NCBI GenBank assembly: GCA_049287485.1 | Contig: JBAQFX010000232.1 | Location: 2,918 to 66,917, forward strand | Source of the DNA: Anaerolineales bacterium | GTDB lineage: Bacteria > Chloroflexota > Anaerolineae > Anaerolineales > UBA4823 | Reading direction: 5' to 3' | DNA length: 64,000 nt | Program-made: the position numbers and the translations under genes | The notes under the pieces: generated by a model | Told to the model about the DNA's origin: nothing | The model's database searches: none | Seen by the model: the letters and a program-made list of their open reading frames with translations, nothing else | Shown: positions 36,717 through 46,260 of the stretch, one piece after another | How positions within the stretch are numbered: position 1 is the stretch's first letter | Layout of the letters: each line of letters starts with the position of its first letter

Positions 36717-39700
36717 ATGCTTAAGAAATTCGTCACCATCCTGGGTGGTGACCCTAACAAACGAGCTATCAGCAAATCGAACGAGCTTATCGACCAGATC
36801 AACAGCCTGGAGCAACAGTTCGAGGCGCTGAGCGACGAAGCTTTGTACGCCAAGACCGCTGAATTCAAGAAGCGCCTCACCGAAGGTGAAACCCTCGACG
36901 ACCTGCTGCCGGAGGCCTTCTCCGCAGTGCGTGAGGCCAGCAAACGTACCAATGGGCAGCGCCATTATGACGTGCAGCTCATTGGCGGCATCTCCTTGCA
37001 CCAGGGCAAGATCGCCGAGATGAAGACCGGTGAAGGCAAGACTCTGGTGGCCACGCTGCCGCTCTATCTGAACGCCCTTACCGGGCGCGGCACCCACCTG
37101 GTCACCGTTAACGACTATCTGGCTCGACGTGACGCCCGCTGGATGGCACCCATCTACCATACCCTGGGCTTGAGCGTGGGCGTGCTGCAAATGGCCGCCC
37201 GCACCGAGAACGGCAAGAAAGCCTTCCTGGTCGACCTTGAAAAGACCTCCCCGCATGAAGACCAGCACCAATTGCGCCTGGTGGACCGGGCCGAGGCTTA
37301 CGCCGCCGACATCACCTATGGCATCAACTCCGAGTTCGGCTTCGACTACCTACGTGATAACATGACCATGCGCCTGGATGAGCGCGTCCAGCGCGGCCAT
37401 TATTACGCCATCGTGGACGAGGTGGATAACATTCTCATCGATGAAGCCCGCACCCCGCTCATCATCTCCGGCCCTGCCCAGGATGATGCCGAATGGTATG
37501 TGCGCATGGCCCAGATCGTGCGCTCGCTGCGTGCCGAGGATATCGAGCTCAACGAGCGCGACCGTAATATCAACCTCACCGAGATCGGTGAGATCCATGT
37601 CGAGGACCTGCTGGGCATGGCCCTGCGCGACCCCGACCGCCCAGAGGACGTCACCCCCGAGCAGGCCCGCCTGATGGGTTTCCTTGAGCAAGCCCTGCGC
37701 GCCCAGTACCTGTTCAAGCGCAACAAGGACTACCTGGTGCAGGCCGGCAAGGTGGTCATTGTGGATGAGTTCACCGGGCGCCTGATGCCCGGAAGACGAT
37801 GGTCAGATGGTCTGCACCAGGCCGTGGAAGCCAAAGAAGGCGTGCGCGTCCAGGCCGAGAACGTCACCTATGCCACCATCACCATCCAGAACTACTTCCG
37901 CATGTACGAGAAGCTATCGGGCATGACCGGTACCGCCCTCACTGAAGCTGAAGAGTTCGACAAGATATACCAGCTGGAGGTGATTGCCATCCCCACCAAC
38001 CTGGAATACCAGGCCTCCCTGGAGGGTTCGCCCCTCATCGTGCTCGAATCCAAGGACGAGCAGGGTTACAAGTACCGCTATTATGCCCTGCAAGATGACC
38101 CTGAAAAGAAAGCGGTCTTCTTCCAGCGCAAGGACTATCCGGATGTCATCTACCGCACCGAGGAGGTCAAGTTCCGCACCATCACCAGCGAGATCCTGCG
38201 CTTCCATGCCATGGGGCGCCCCATGCTGGTGGGCACCACCTCCGTTGAGTTATCAGACCACCTCTCCACCCGGTTGAGAGCTGAGCCACTGCGCAAGCTG
38301 GCCCAGGTGGCTATTTTACGCCAGGCCTGGCTGGAGCAGAACAACCGCGAGGAAGATGGGCGCCTGATTGAAGAACTGCAACCCTTCAACGCCCCGCTCG
38401 ACCAGTTGCAGGTGCCCGAAATGCGCAAGATGGCTCGCGAGTTGGGCATCTCCTTCAACCCTGAAGACCCCGAGAACCTGCCCCGCTTGCTGCAGGTGCT
38501 CGACCTGACTGAAGCGGACGCCGAGCGCCTGAAGGCCGACCTGCAATCGGGCATCGCCCACCAGGTGCTCAATGCCCGTAAGCACACCGAAGAATCGCAG
38601 ATCATTGCCGGGGCAGGGGCGTTTGGTGCCGTCACCATCGCCACCAACATGGCCGGGCGTGGTGTGGATATCAAGCTGGGCGGCGAGCTGCCCGAAAGCG
38701 TGGTGGATTCGGTCAACCGCGTGCTGCACCGCTCAGGTATCGATAACCCCTATGACCTGCGCCATGAAGAGCGCCGCCAGACGCTTGCCGAGCTCTCCCC
38801 CGACCAGCTCGGCATTTACCAGGACGATATAGACCGCTTCCTGGGCTACATGCAAGATATGGAGCGGGTGAAGGAGCTGGGAGGCCTGCACGTGATCGGC
38901 TCCGAGCGCCATGAAGCCCGCCGCATCGATAACCAGCTACGCGGCCGTGCCGCCCGCCAGGGCGACCCCGGTTCATCGCGCTTCTACCTTTCCCTAGAAG
39001 ATGACCTGATGCGCCGCTTCGGTGGTGGGCAGGTCGAATCGATCATGCAGCGCATGAAGATCGACGATGCCGTGCCCATGGAAGTGGGGTTGGTCAGCCG
39101 CCTGGTGGAGCAATCCCAAACCCGCGTGGAGGGCGCTAACTTTGACGTGCGCAAGCACCTGCTCGAGTATGACGACGTGCTCAACACCCAGCGCCAGCGC
39201 ATCTATTCTCAGCGCGATCTCATTTTCACCAAGCAGGACCTCTCAGAGGATGTGACCGAGCTGTTGAAGACCGAGATCAACCGCCGCGTGCCTGAATCCC
39301 TGGCTGACGATGAAGGTCCCTGGAAGCTGCTCGCCTGGCTGGACCAGATTCAACCACCGCTCGACCTGGGTGGCATGCTCTTCCCCTCCTACTCCCTCAA
39401 GCTGTTGCTCGACCATCTTTCCAGCCAGCAAAAGGGGTATGCCTCACCAGCGGAGCTGCGCGATGCCCTGGTTGGCCTGGCGGGTGAAGCTTTACAGGCC
39501 GAGGAAGAACACTTGCTTCGCACGGTCAACAACCTGCTGGATACGACCCGTGAGCGCCTGGAAAGTCAGCTGAAAGAACGCCTGGATGCCCTGGATACCT
39601 TTTTCGAGGGGCTATCCCTGGGCGAAGGCGAAGATAGTGCCCCGCGTAGCCCGCGTGAGTTGCTGGATGAGCTGGTGGGCATGGTGCACATCAGCCTGCG

Positions 39701-40871
39701 CCTCTCGCCTGAAGAACAGCGCCTGCTGCGCGATGACCCCGACCAGCTGCGCCAGCCTTTACGCGACCAGGTAGAGAACGCCGTTAGCGCCCAGTCAGCC
39801 ATGCGACTGGTGGGTGCCATCGAGCGCCGGGTGGAGGAAAACCTCGACCTGGAGACCTCCCAACTGGATGGCTCTGATTGGGAGATGATGGCCGATCAGG
39901 TCTACCAGGCCATACAGCATGTGCTCGCCAGGCGGCGTGAACGCCTGATGGGTAACGGTGCCGGTCCCGCCTCGGGCCAACTGGCACATGACCTGGACTC
40001 TGCCCTGGCTAAGATCAGCGGACCCGTCAACACCAACCACCTGCTGGGATTGCTGTTGATGATGCCGCAAGGCACCCGGGCTACCTTTGACAAGAAGACC
40101 CACCGCCGCGTGCTGCAACGCACCACCCGTCTCACCTATCTTTACCTGGCCGCCCGCCTGTTGGAAAAGCGCCCTGAAGAGAGCATCACCGAGGACGTGT
40201 TGGCCCACCTGCAATCTGCTCAACAAACCATCCAACGCGCCTGGGGAGCCAACGAATTCTCCCGCCTGGCTTCTGCCCGCCTGCTGGACCTCGAGCCGGG
40301 TTTGCGTGACACGTTATGTGACTTGCTGGGCGAAGAGGCCTGTGCCCAGTTGCAGACCCAGCCCCTGCAAAGCCTGGACCACCAGCAAGCCCTCCAGGTG
40401 ATGGATGAGTTCGGCCGGCGCCTGCTCACCCAGGTCTATCGCCAGCTGCTGCTGGGTGTGATCACCGAGCTGTGGGTGGACTACCTCACCCAGATGGAAG
40501 CCTTGCGCGTCTCCATCGGCCTGGAAGCTTATGGTCAGCGTGATCCCCTGGTGGAGTATAAGCGCGAGGCATTTGATAAGTTCCAAAATTTATTTAAGGA
40601 TATGCGTGCCGGGGTGATCTCGCGCATGTTCACCTACCGCCCGCGTGATATGAGCGCCATGCAGAGCGAGGCGAGGCGTCCTTCCCCGATTGAGGAGCAG
40701 GAAGCAGATATTGCTCCAGCACTACAGGGAGGAGATGGATCCGAAGCTATTGAAGGACAGTCTAACGACGGAATGGAACCCGAAGCGCAAGCCGAAGAGA
40801 CAGAAGTGTCTGTGCAATCCAACCAGCCTCAGCTGAGCCGCTCGCAGAAGAGGAGAAGGCACAGGAAATGA
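36717..40871 (+). CDS. secA: preprotein translocase ATPase SecA, unusually long (1384 aa)
   Basis: MKTGEGKTLVATLP (Walker A), DEVDNILIDEARTPLIISG, MAGRGVDIKLGG, GGLHVIGSERHEARRIDNQLRGRAARQGDPG. Confidence 0.9.
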   Translation: MLKKFVTILGGDPNKRAISKSNELIDQINSLEQQFEALSDEALYAKTAEFKKRLTEGETLDDLLPEAFSAVREASKRTNGQRHYDVQLIGGISLHQGKIAEMKTGEGKTLVATLPLYLNALTGRGTHLVTVNDYLARRDARWMAPIYHTLGLSVGVLQMAARTENGKKAFLVDLEKTSPHEDQHQLRLVDRAEAYAADITYGINSEFGFDYLRDNMTMRLDERVQRGHYYAIVDEVDNILIDEARTPLIISGPAQDDAEWYVRMAQIVRSLRAEDIELNERDRNINLTEIGEIHVEDLLGMALRDPDRPEDVTPEQARLMGFLEQALRAQYLFKRNKDYLVQAGKVVIVDEFTGRLMPGRRWSDGLHQAVEAKEGVRVQAENVTYATITIQNYFRMYEKLSGMTGTALTEAEEFDKIYQLEVIAIPTNLEYQASLEGSPLIVLESKDEQGYKYRYYALQDDPEKKAVFFQRKDYPDVIYRTEEVKFRTITSEILRFHAMGRPMLVGTTSVELSDHLSTRLRAEPLRKLAQVAILRQAWLEQNNREEDGRLIEELQPFNAPLDQLQVPEMRKMARELGISFNPEDPENLPRLLQVLDLTEADAERLKADLQSGIAHQVLNARKHTEESQIIAGAGAFGAVTIATNMAGRGVDIKLGGELPESVVDSVNRVLHRSGIDNPYDLRHEERRQTLAELSPDQLGIYQDDIDRFLGYMQDMERVKELGGLHVIGSERHEARRIDNQLRGRAARQGDPGSSRFYLSLEDDLMRRFGGGQVESIMQRMKIDDAVPMEVGLVSRLVEQSQTRVEGANFDVRKHLLEYDDVLNTQRQRIYSQRDLIFTKQDLSEDVTELLKTEINRRVPESLADDEGPWKLLAWLDQIQPPLDLGGMLFPSYSLKLLLDHLSSQQKGYASPAELRDALVGLAGEALQAEEEHLLRTVNNLLDTTRERLESQLKERLDALDTFFEGLSLGEGEDSAPRSPRELLDELVGMVHISLRLSPEEQRLLRDDPDQLRQPLRDQVENAVSAQSAMRLVGAIERRVEENLDLETSQLDGSDWEMMADQVYQAIQHVLARRRERLMGNGAGPASGQLAHDLDSALAKISGPVNTNHLLGLLLMMPQGTRATFDKKTHRRVLQRTTRLTYLYLAARLLEKRPEESITEDVLAHLQSAQQTIQRAWGANEFSRLASARLLDLEPGLRDTLCDLLGEEACAQLQTQPLQSLDHQQALQVMDEFGRRLLTQVYRQLLLGVITELWVDYLTQMEALRVSIGLEAYGQRDPLVEYKREAFDKFQNLFKDMRAGVISRMFTYRPRDMSAMQSEARRPSPIEEQEADIAPALQGGDGSEAIEGQSNDGMEPEAQAEETEVSVQSNQPQLSRSQKRRRHRK

Positions 40872-40891
40872 TTGGTGATCAGTAATTAGCG

Positions 40892-40950
40892 GTTAGCAAT
40901 TGGCGGTTAATATCTAGCCCTGAAATACGTTTACAGTAAAAGTTAGTAGG
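40892..40950 (+). repeat. second dispersed repeat family, copy 1
   Basis: GTTAGCAATTGGCGGTTAAT...CTGAAATACGTTTACAGTAAAAGTTAGTA. The 17-mer CTGAAATACGTTTACAG (40920-40936) recurs exactly at 54037-54053. Confidence 0.6.
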
Positions 40951-41408
40951 TTATTGGGATCCATCGAGAATCACCAAAGAAAGGCCATTTCTTTAATAAC
41001 GATTGGATTCCAAAAAAATAGCGAAACGAATACTCAGTAGAGGTTGGCTAGTGTGATCAGACAATATGACACTGGGTAGACAGATTTTAGAGGTGAAATC
41101 CAGAGAGATAGAAGTTGCGTACCGCAATAAGATGCGCTATACTAGATTCGATAGCGGGTTTTATTTCGGACATAACCCATTATTCGTAAACCAGTATGAT
41201 GATAATCTGCGTTTAGCACCTGAACAAACGGAAATCGCACAGTATCGTTGATCCACGTGAGGCAAGTTTTTTGGCTACACAGGCCTAAAAACTGTTGAGT
41301 TACCGAATCATGGCTGACCGCACAATCAGGCTGTGTAGTATTCCTGCAGTCAGGTAAGATTGATCAAATTAATAGCCATACAAAAAATCAGTTATCCGGA
41401 ATGATTGC

Positions 41409-42557
41409 ATGAAATCCAACTTATCCATCGGCCTCCCACGAATGCACTTAGAACCAGGTGAAAAAAGGGATTTTCTCCCGGATTTTGTCCAGCGTCTGCA
41501 CCATTATGGATTCGAGGTTTTCCTGGAACACGGGTACGGCGCGGGGATGGGCTTTCAGGATGGCGATTACCTAGAGGTTGCCCCAACAGCACATTTCACA
41601 ACGCAGGATGTTACATTTGAGAAAGATATTGTGCTCGTGTTGCGCTATCTGGGGGATAATGCGCTTACTAAAATGCAACCAGGAGCATGCCTGATATCGA
41701 TGCTACACTATCCAACACGACCCCATCGGGTAGCGCTTCTGAAAGAGATGGGTCTTGAAGCTATATCTTTAGATTCCTTAAAAGATGATGTAGGCCGGCG
41801 CCTGGTCGAGAATCTTCGGGCAGTTGCCTGGAATGGGGTGGAAATTTCTTTCAACGTATTGAAAGATCATTACCCTGCTCCAGGTCTGGAAGACCCAGAT
41901 CGTTTGCCCATCAAGGTAACCGTGCTCGGTGCAGGTGCGGTGGGTATGTTTGCCATCCAGGCTGCAATTCGCTATGGGAATGAAAAAACCTGGCGTTATA
42001 TGGCCAGCATCGGAGCCACCGGCGTTCAGGTTACCGCGGTGGACTATGATTTAACCAACCATCCGGCGATCACCCAGCAAATATTGAAGTATACAGATAT
42101 CCTGGTTGATGCTACCCAGCGATCGGATCCGACAAAGCCGGTTGTGCCGAACGAGTGGATCGGTCTGATGCGTCAACATGCCGTGCTATTGGATCTATCT
42201 GTGGACCCATACGACTGCGATGGAGAAGTTCGTTCGGTGAAAGGGATTGAGGGAATCCCACAGGGGAATCTGGATCAATACATATTTGCACCGGATGATC
42301 CCGCTTATGAAACGATTCCCACATGTGTCCGGACGAACGAAAGGCGTATGGCGGTCTCTTGTTATTCATGGCCTGGGATTTACCCCAAGGAATGCATGGA
42401 AATCTATGGAAAACAGCTAGATCCGCTGATGCATGAAATCGCAAAGCGCGGTGGAGTCCAAAATATTGATCGGAATGGTAACTTTTTCCAACGGGTGATT
42501 GGCCGCGCCTTGCTCTCCAATTGGAATAATATAGCTGAGAAAGGAAAAGGACAATGA
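41409..42557 (+). CDS. alanine dehydrogenase/PNT-fold (CEOS-like) family protein, paralog 1
   Basis: GEKRDFLP (E-x-R-x2-L-x-P substrate-domain motif), VTVLGAGAVGMFA Rossmann motif, DLSVD..., CYSWPGIYP. Confidence 0.5.
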   Translation: MKSNLSIGLPRMHLEPGEKRDFLPDFVQRLHHYGFEVFLEHGYGAGMGFQDGDYLEVAPTAHFTTQDVTFEKDIVLVLRYLGDNALTKMQPGACLISMLHYPTRPHRVALLKEMGLEAISLDSLKDDVGRRLVENLRAVAWNGVEISFNVLKDHYPAPGLEDPDRLPIKVTVLGAGAVGMFAIQAAIRYGNEKTWRYMASIGATGVQVTAVDYDLTNHPAITQQILKYTDILVDATQRSDPTKPVVPNEWIGLMRQHAVLLDLSVDPYDCDGEVRSVKGIEGIPQGNLDQYIFAPDDPAYETIPTCVRTNERRMAVSCYSWPGIYPKECMEIYGKQLDPLMHEIAKRGGVQNIDRNGNFFQRVIGRALLSNWNNIAEKGKGQ

Positions 42558-43666
42558 AGAACCATATCTCGGTGGGATTTCCTCGTATGCATAAAGAGCT
42601 TGGAGAGAAACGCGTTTTCTTGCCAGATTTCATCCAAATGCTAACCCGTTTTGCCGATGTCTACCTTTCTGAAGGCTATGGCAGTCGTTTGGGTTACAGT
42701 TTCGACGATTACCACCAGAGCAATCCGCGTGTTTTCCAGGTAGATCAAAAAGAAGCCTTTCAAAAAGACTATGTGATCGTTCTTCGTTCACCCAGGCTTG
42801 ATGAGTTCGAGCAACTAAAAAGAGGCGCATGCCTGATATCGATGATCCACTATCCCACGCGCCCACAGCGAGTGAATATTCTCAACGAAATGGGCATTAA
42901 CTCGATCTCCCTGGACAGTATCATCGATGACCATGACATACGGCTTGTCGAGAATATGCGTGCAGTGGCATGGAATGGTCTGGAGGCTGCTTTTGATATA
43001 TTGGAGAAATCAGATCCAGGCTTAGGGCGAGGTAATAGCAATCCATTCCACGTCTTGATTATTGGGACCGGTATGGTCGGAAAGCATGCTGTGGAAGCAG
43101 CAACCAAGCTCGGCAACCTCGAGCGGAACGCTTCCCAAATAGAGATCAATGGGACTGGATCGATCGCCCACAGTATTGGACGAAACCTCACCCAAAATCG
43201 CGAGGTTATGGAGACTTTGTTACGGCAGACGGATGTGCTGGTTGACGCGACCCAACGTCGTAATCCGAGCCAGCCGGTTGTTCCCAACGCCTGGCTGGCA
43301 TGGCTGCCGGAGAATGCAATTGTCGTCGATCTGGCCGTGGACCCTTATTTGCTAGAGCATGTACCACCGGTTGTCAGAGGGATTGAAGGGATACCCCAGG
43401 GCAATCTAGATAAATATGTGTTCATGCCAACTGACCCGGAGTGGGATAAAACCGTACCCGCTTCCGTTCCATCTGAGCAGCGTAGGATTACGGTCACGTG
43501 CTATTCATGGCCTGGTATTCATCCCACAACTTGTATGGAGCATTATGCCCGTCAGTTAACGCCTTTAATGGAGGAACTGCTGACCAAAGGCTATAATGGC
43601 CTGTCCTTAGAGGGGGGTTATTTTGAACGAGCATTATATCGCGCCAAGCTACCCGCGCTTGAATAG
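42554..43666 (+). CDS. alanine dehydrogenase/PNT-fold (CEOS-like) family protein, paralog 2
   Basis: Roughly half of aligned residues are identical to paralog 1 (by eye). Shared blocks are ACLISM(L/I)HYPTRP, LVEN(L/M)RAVAWNG, DATQR..P..PVVPN.W, GIEGIPQGNLD and CYSWPGI.P. ATGA overlap with paralog 1. Confidence 0.5.
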   Translation: MKNHISVGFPRMHKELGEKRVFLPDFIQMLTRFADVYLSEGYGSRLGYSFDDYHQSNPRVFQVDQKEAFQKDYVIVLRSPRLDEFEQLKRGACLISMIHYPTRPQRVNILNEMGINSISLDSIIDDHDIRLVENMRAVAWNGLEAAFDILEKSDPGLGRGNSNPFHVLIIGTGMVGKHAVEAATKLGNLERNASQIEINGTGSIAHSIGRNLTQNREVMETLLRQTDVLVDATQRRNPSQPVVPNAWLAWLPENAIVVDLAVDPYLLEHVPPVVRGIEGIPQGNLDKYVFMPTDPEWDKTVPASVPSEQRRITVTCYSWPGIHPTTCMEHYARQLTPLMEELLTKGYNGLSLEGGYFERALYRAKLPALE

Positions 43667-43690
43667 CATTGGTCTGACTTTGGCAAGGTA

Positions 43691-43712
43691 GGGGAGGGGA
43701 AAACCTTTCGAA
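43691..43712 (+). repeat. partial copy (right half) of the first repeat family
   Basis: GGGGAGGGGAAAACCTTTCGAA, compared with GGTGAGGGGAAATCTTTCGAA at 11847-11866. Confidence 0.4.
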
Positions 43713-44018
43713 CCATGCTCAATTTTCTATGCGATCGCCACGAGGCAGCGAGATATTTGGTGATAGAGAAGTAATCCCCGCGAGGGGTTTCTCAATAATT
43801 TAAGGTTTCTTATATTGGAAAGTAGGAATGTACTGGGCAAGCTCTCTACTTCCATAAAAATGTTTTTTTAAGGATTGGCATGGGATCAGAATTTAGATTC
43901 ACTAGATAATCCCATACTACGGATAGATCTGGGTGCAATCCACTAAAGTAATAAAACGGGATCTTTTTTCTTTTCTACTCTTGCATCAAGTTATCAACGA
44001 TGCAACCCGGGCAATATC

Positions 44019-44047
44019 TATACATATTAGGTCGGAATTGGTATAAT
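44019..44047 (+). promoter_or_regulatory. candidate sigma-70-type promoter with extended -10
   Basis: TATACA (44019-44024), a 17-nt spacer containing TGG, then TATAAT (44042-44047). It lies 41 nt upstream of ATG 44089. Confidence 0.35.
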
Positions 44048-44088
44048 GAAGACCATTTTTAAACCATTACTGTTAGCGGGAGATCATC

Positions 44089-45684
44089 ATGAAGCGGTGG
44101 ATTTTATCGTTAGTTTTTTTGGTTCTATTGTTTACCGTCTCTTGCAGTTCTAAAAATGCCCCATCGGGGGGAGATACCAATAACCCATCTGACCTTAAAT
44201 ATATTTTTGAAATACCGAGTGACCCTTATAGTGTGACGATCACACTTGACCCTACCATCCAGGCTGAGTCAATGATACCGACCTCGGGAGGAAATGTTGG
44301 TGTGACCGGTGCAGATGGGACCTATTACCAGCTCGATATCCCTGATGGAGCGCTCGTGGAGGATACCTTAATCCGGTTGATCCCTGTGACCGCAATCAAC
44401 GGCATGACATTCGGGAGCAATCCGCTGGCTGTACAAATCGAGCCTGAAGGGTTACAACTTTACGACTTTGCCACTTTGACCATTAAACCTTCTCAAGACA
44501 TCCCCATCGATCAACAAATTTTCTTCGGATACCAGGGGATGGGGGATAACCTCGTGCTTGCCCCACCAGTGGTAAATTCGAATGAGATGAAAATCCTAAT
44601 CTTACATTTCAGCGGTTACGGCGTGACGAAAGGATTCTCAGCTGACATCGAACCCGTCAGACAAAGAATTGGTGGGGACGCCGAGGCAAGGATACAGAGT
44701 GCTATAGCGGAACAGTTGCTCAAAGCTCGCCAATCACAATTATTGGGGATAGAAGAAGATTCTAACGTAGACATGACAGATTACTTCAGCCAATACGAGG
44801 AGCAGGTGGTTAAGCCACGCATTGCTGCTGCGGGAGAGAGCTGCGCAGCAGGGAAATTAGCCATCCAAACTGTCCTTGGGCTTGAACGACAACGGCAGCT
44901 GCTCGGTGTGAGCGAAAGCGCTGGTAATCCACTGGTGGATAATGACTTGATGTCGACCGTTACCCTTGTGTGCATGAAAGAAGAGTACGAAATGTGCCGC
45001 GACGACCATATCATCCACCGCATCGTCCCAGCCTGGTTGGGAGTGGAACGTCAAGATCAACTTCTCGGCATAACTGAAAATGGGGAAACCACCCCCGTAT
45101 TGGAACAAGTCAAGGAATACGTGCGAATGTGTCTTACCTTTCGATTGGAATTTCATTCTCAAGGCGTGTTCAATGATCCTGATGGAGGGGGATATGACTC
45201 AACAGTGGATTCGGTGATCAAGTTACAGTTTAATACTGATGATATGAGTATGCATGCGGAGGCACCCCTGGTCAATACAGCCTTTGAGTTTAAAAGCCCA
45301 GATTGTAGTGTGACGAGCAATCGTGGTGGTGGCACTTTCGAAGCCATCAAATTGGAATTCATACCCGACACCCATTCTCCAACAGATACAATGGGCTATG
45401 TACGTGATTTCACCTTAATCTATGACCCTGGCCGTACATCAGAAAGTTTTACAGTCAACTGTGGAGATAGTGGTTCATTTACAAGCCCACCCTCAGCATG
45501 GTGGAGTGCTATTTTCATTCCTCTGCACCACGGTGAAGTAAGCATGACCGAAGGCGGGTATATTGCTGATACGTGGGAAATCCAGGCAGGTGAGCTTTAT
45601 GCGAAGAAGGAATGGATCAAGGAAGATTCCTCGATCAACATCATCGAAACGGGTACGTTTAAGTTATACCATACGCCAGGCTAG
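44089..45684 (+). CDS. hypothetical lipoprotein (531 aa)
   Basis: MKRWILSLVFLVLLFTVSCSS signal peptide with lipobox. GGGAG RBS. No family recognised. Confidence 0.65.
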   Translation: MKRWILSLVFLVLLFTVSCSSKNAPSGGDTNNPSDLKYIFEIPSDPYSVTITLDPTIQAESMIPTSGGNVGVTGADGTYYQLDIPDGALVEDTLIRLIPVTAINGMTFGSNPLAVQIEPEGLQLYDFATLTIKPSQDIPIDQQIFFGYQGMGDNLVLAPPVVNSNEMKILILHFSGYGVTKGFSADIEPVRQRIGGDAEARIQSAIAEQLLKARQSQLLGIEEDSNVDMTDYFSQYEEQVVKPRIAAAGESCAAGKLAIQTVLGLERQRQLLGVSESAGNPLVDNDLMSTVTLVCMKEEYEMCRDDHIIHRIVPAWLGVERQDQLLGITENGETTPVLEQVKEYVRMCLTFRLEFHSQGVFNDPDGGGYDSTVDSVIKLQFNTDDMSMHAEAPLVNTAFEFKSPDCSVTSNRGGGTFEAIKLEFIPDTHSPTDTMGYVRDFTLIYDPGRTSESFTVNCGDSGSFTSPPSAWWSAIFIPLHHGEVSMTEGGYIADTWEIQAGELYAKKEWIKEDSSINIIETGTFKLYHTPG

Positions 45685-46260
45685 AGATCGGTAGACAGTA
45701 TCGAGTCTTGATCATTGAGTGATTCCTTATGGGTATCCTGGACTGCTTTGGGTGCCTATCTTTCATGCAAATAAGTGGTGGATAGTTATAACCGATAAAC
45801 ATCGCAGCCTTCAAGCTGGTAGAGGATGGACAATATCAGCAGTCATCCCATTCTTCATTACGGCCATTATAGCCTTGGTACAGCGAGCAATTATTGGAAT
45901 ATGATCACCTCGGAAATATAGCATGTAACGCCAAGCAGTAAGGTAACATGCCTATCTCCTAAGGCATCCAGACAATGCCTTATGGATTAGCCGACATTAT
46001 GGATAGTTTTTATTAACTTGATCCTCCTATGTTCACTTCATGAGATGCATACCCTTTTATATAAACGTACAACCTCATTGGGATTTTTTAGTTGAAATTT
46101 GTGGGGGATGTGTTGTGCAGGAAAGGGTTTTCTTATATACTGGAGACATCAAATACATAACAGAACAGGCTAAAAAATGCATAATATCATTACTATTGCG
46201 AGATTATAAAAGGGGAGCACAGTATTAGTAGTCCACAGAACCAACAGTCAGATAGAGCCA

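Noticed and set aside
41066-41251. 61-aa ORF in the secA-downstream gap. Small ORFs at 45719..45904 and 46040..46228 are similar cases.
   Set aside because: No RBS and no recognisable motifs, and the surroundings are AT-rich and repeat-rich. The ORFs cannot be distinguished from chance.
45988-46001. A 14-nt exact match (TAGCCGACATTATG) to the 3' boundary of attC2 (15135-15148), preceded by ATTAGCC. This could be a fifth, orphan attC boundary in the AT-rich island.
   Set aside because: Roughly ten or more chance 14-mer repeats are expected among all position pairs in a 64-kb window. The upstream 130 nt lacks the conserved 5' box (AACA-N2-GCGTGCAC) and the GTCCACGCC block. It is worth a covariance-model scan, but I cannot support it by eye.
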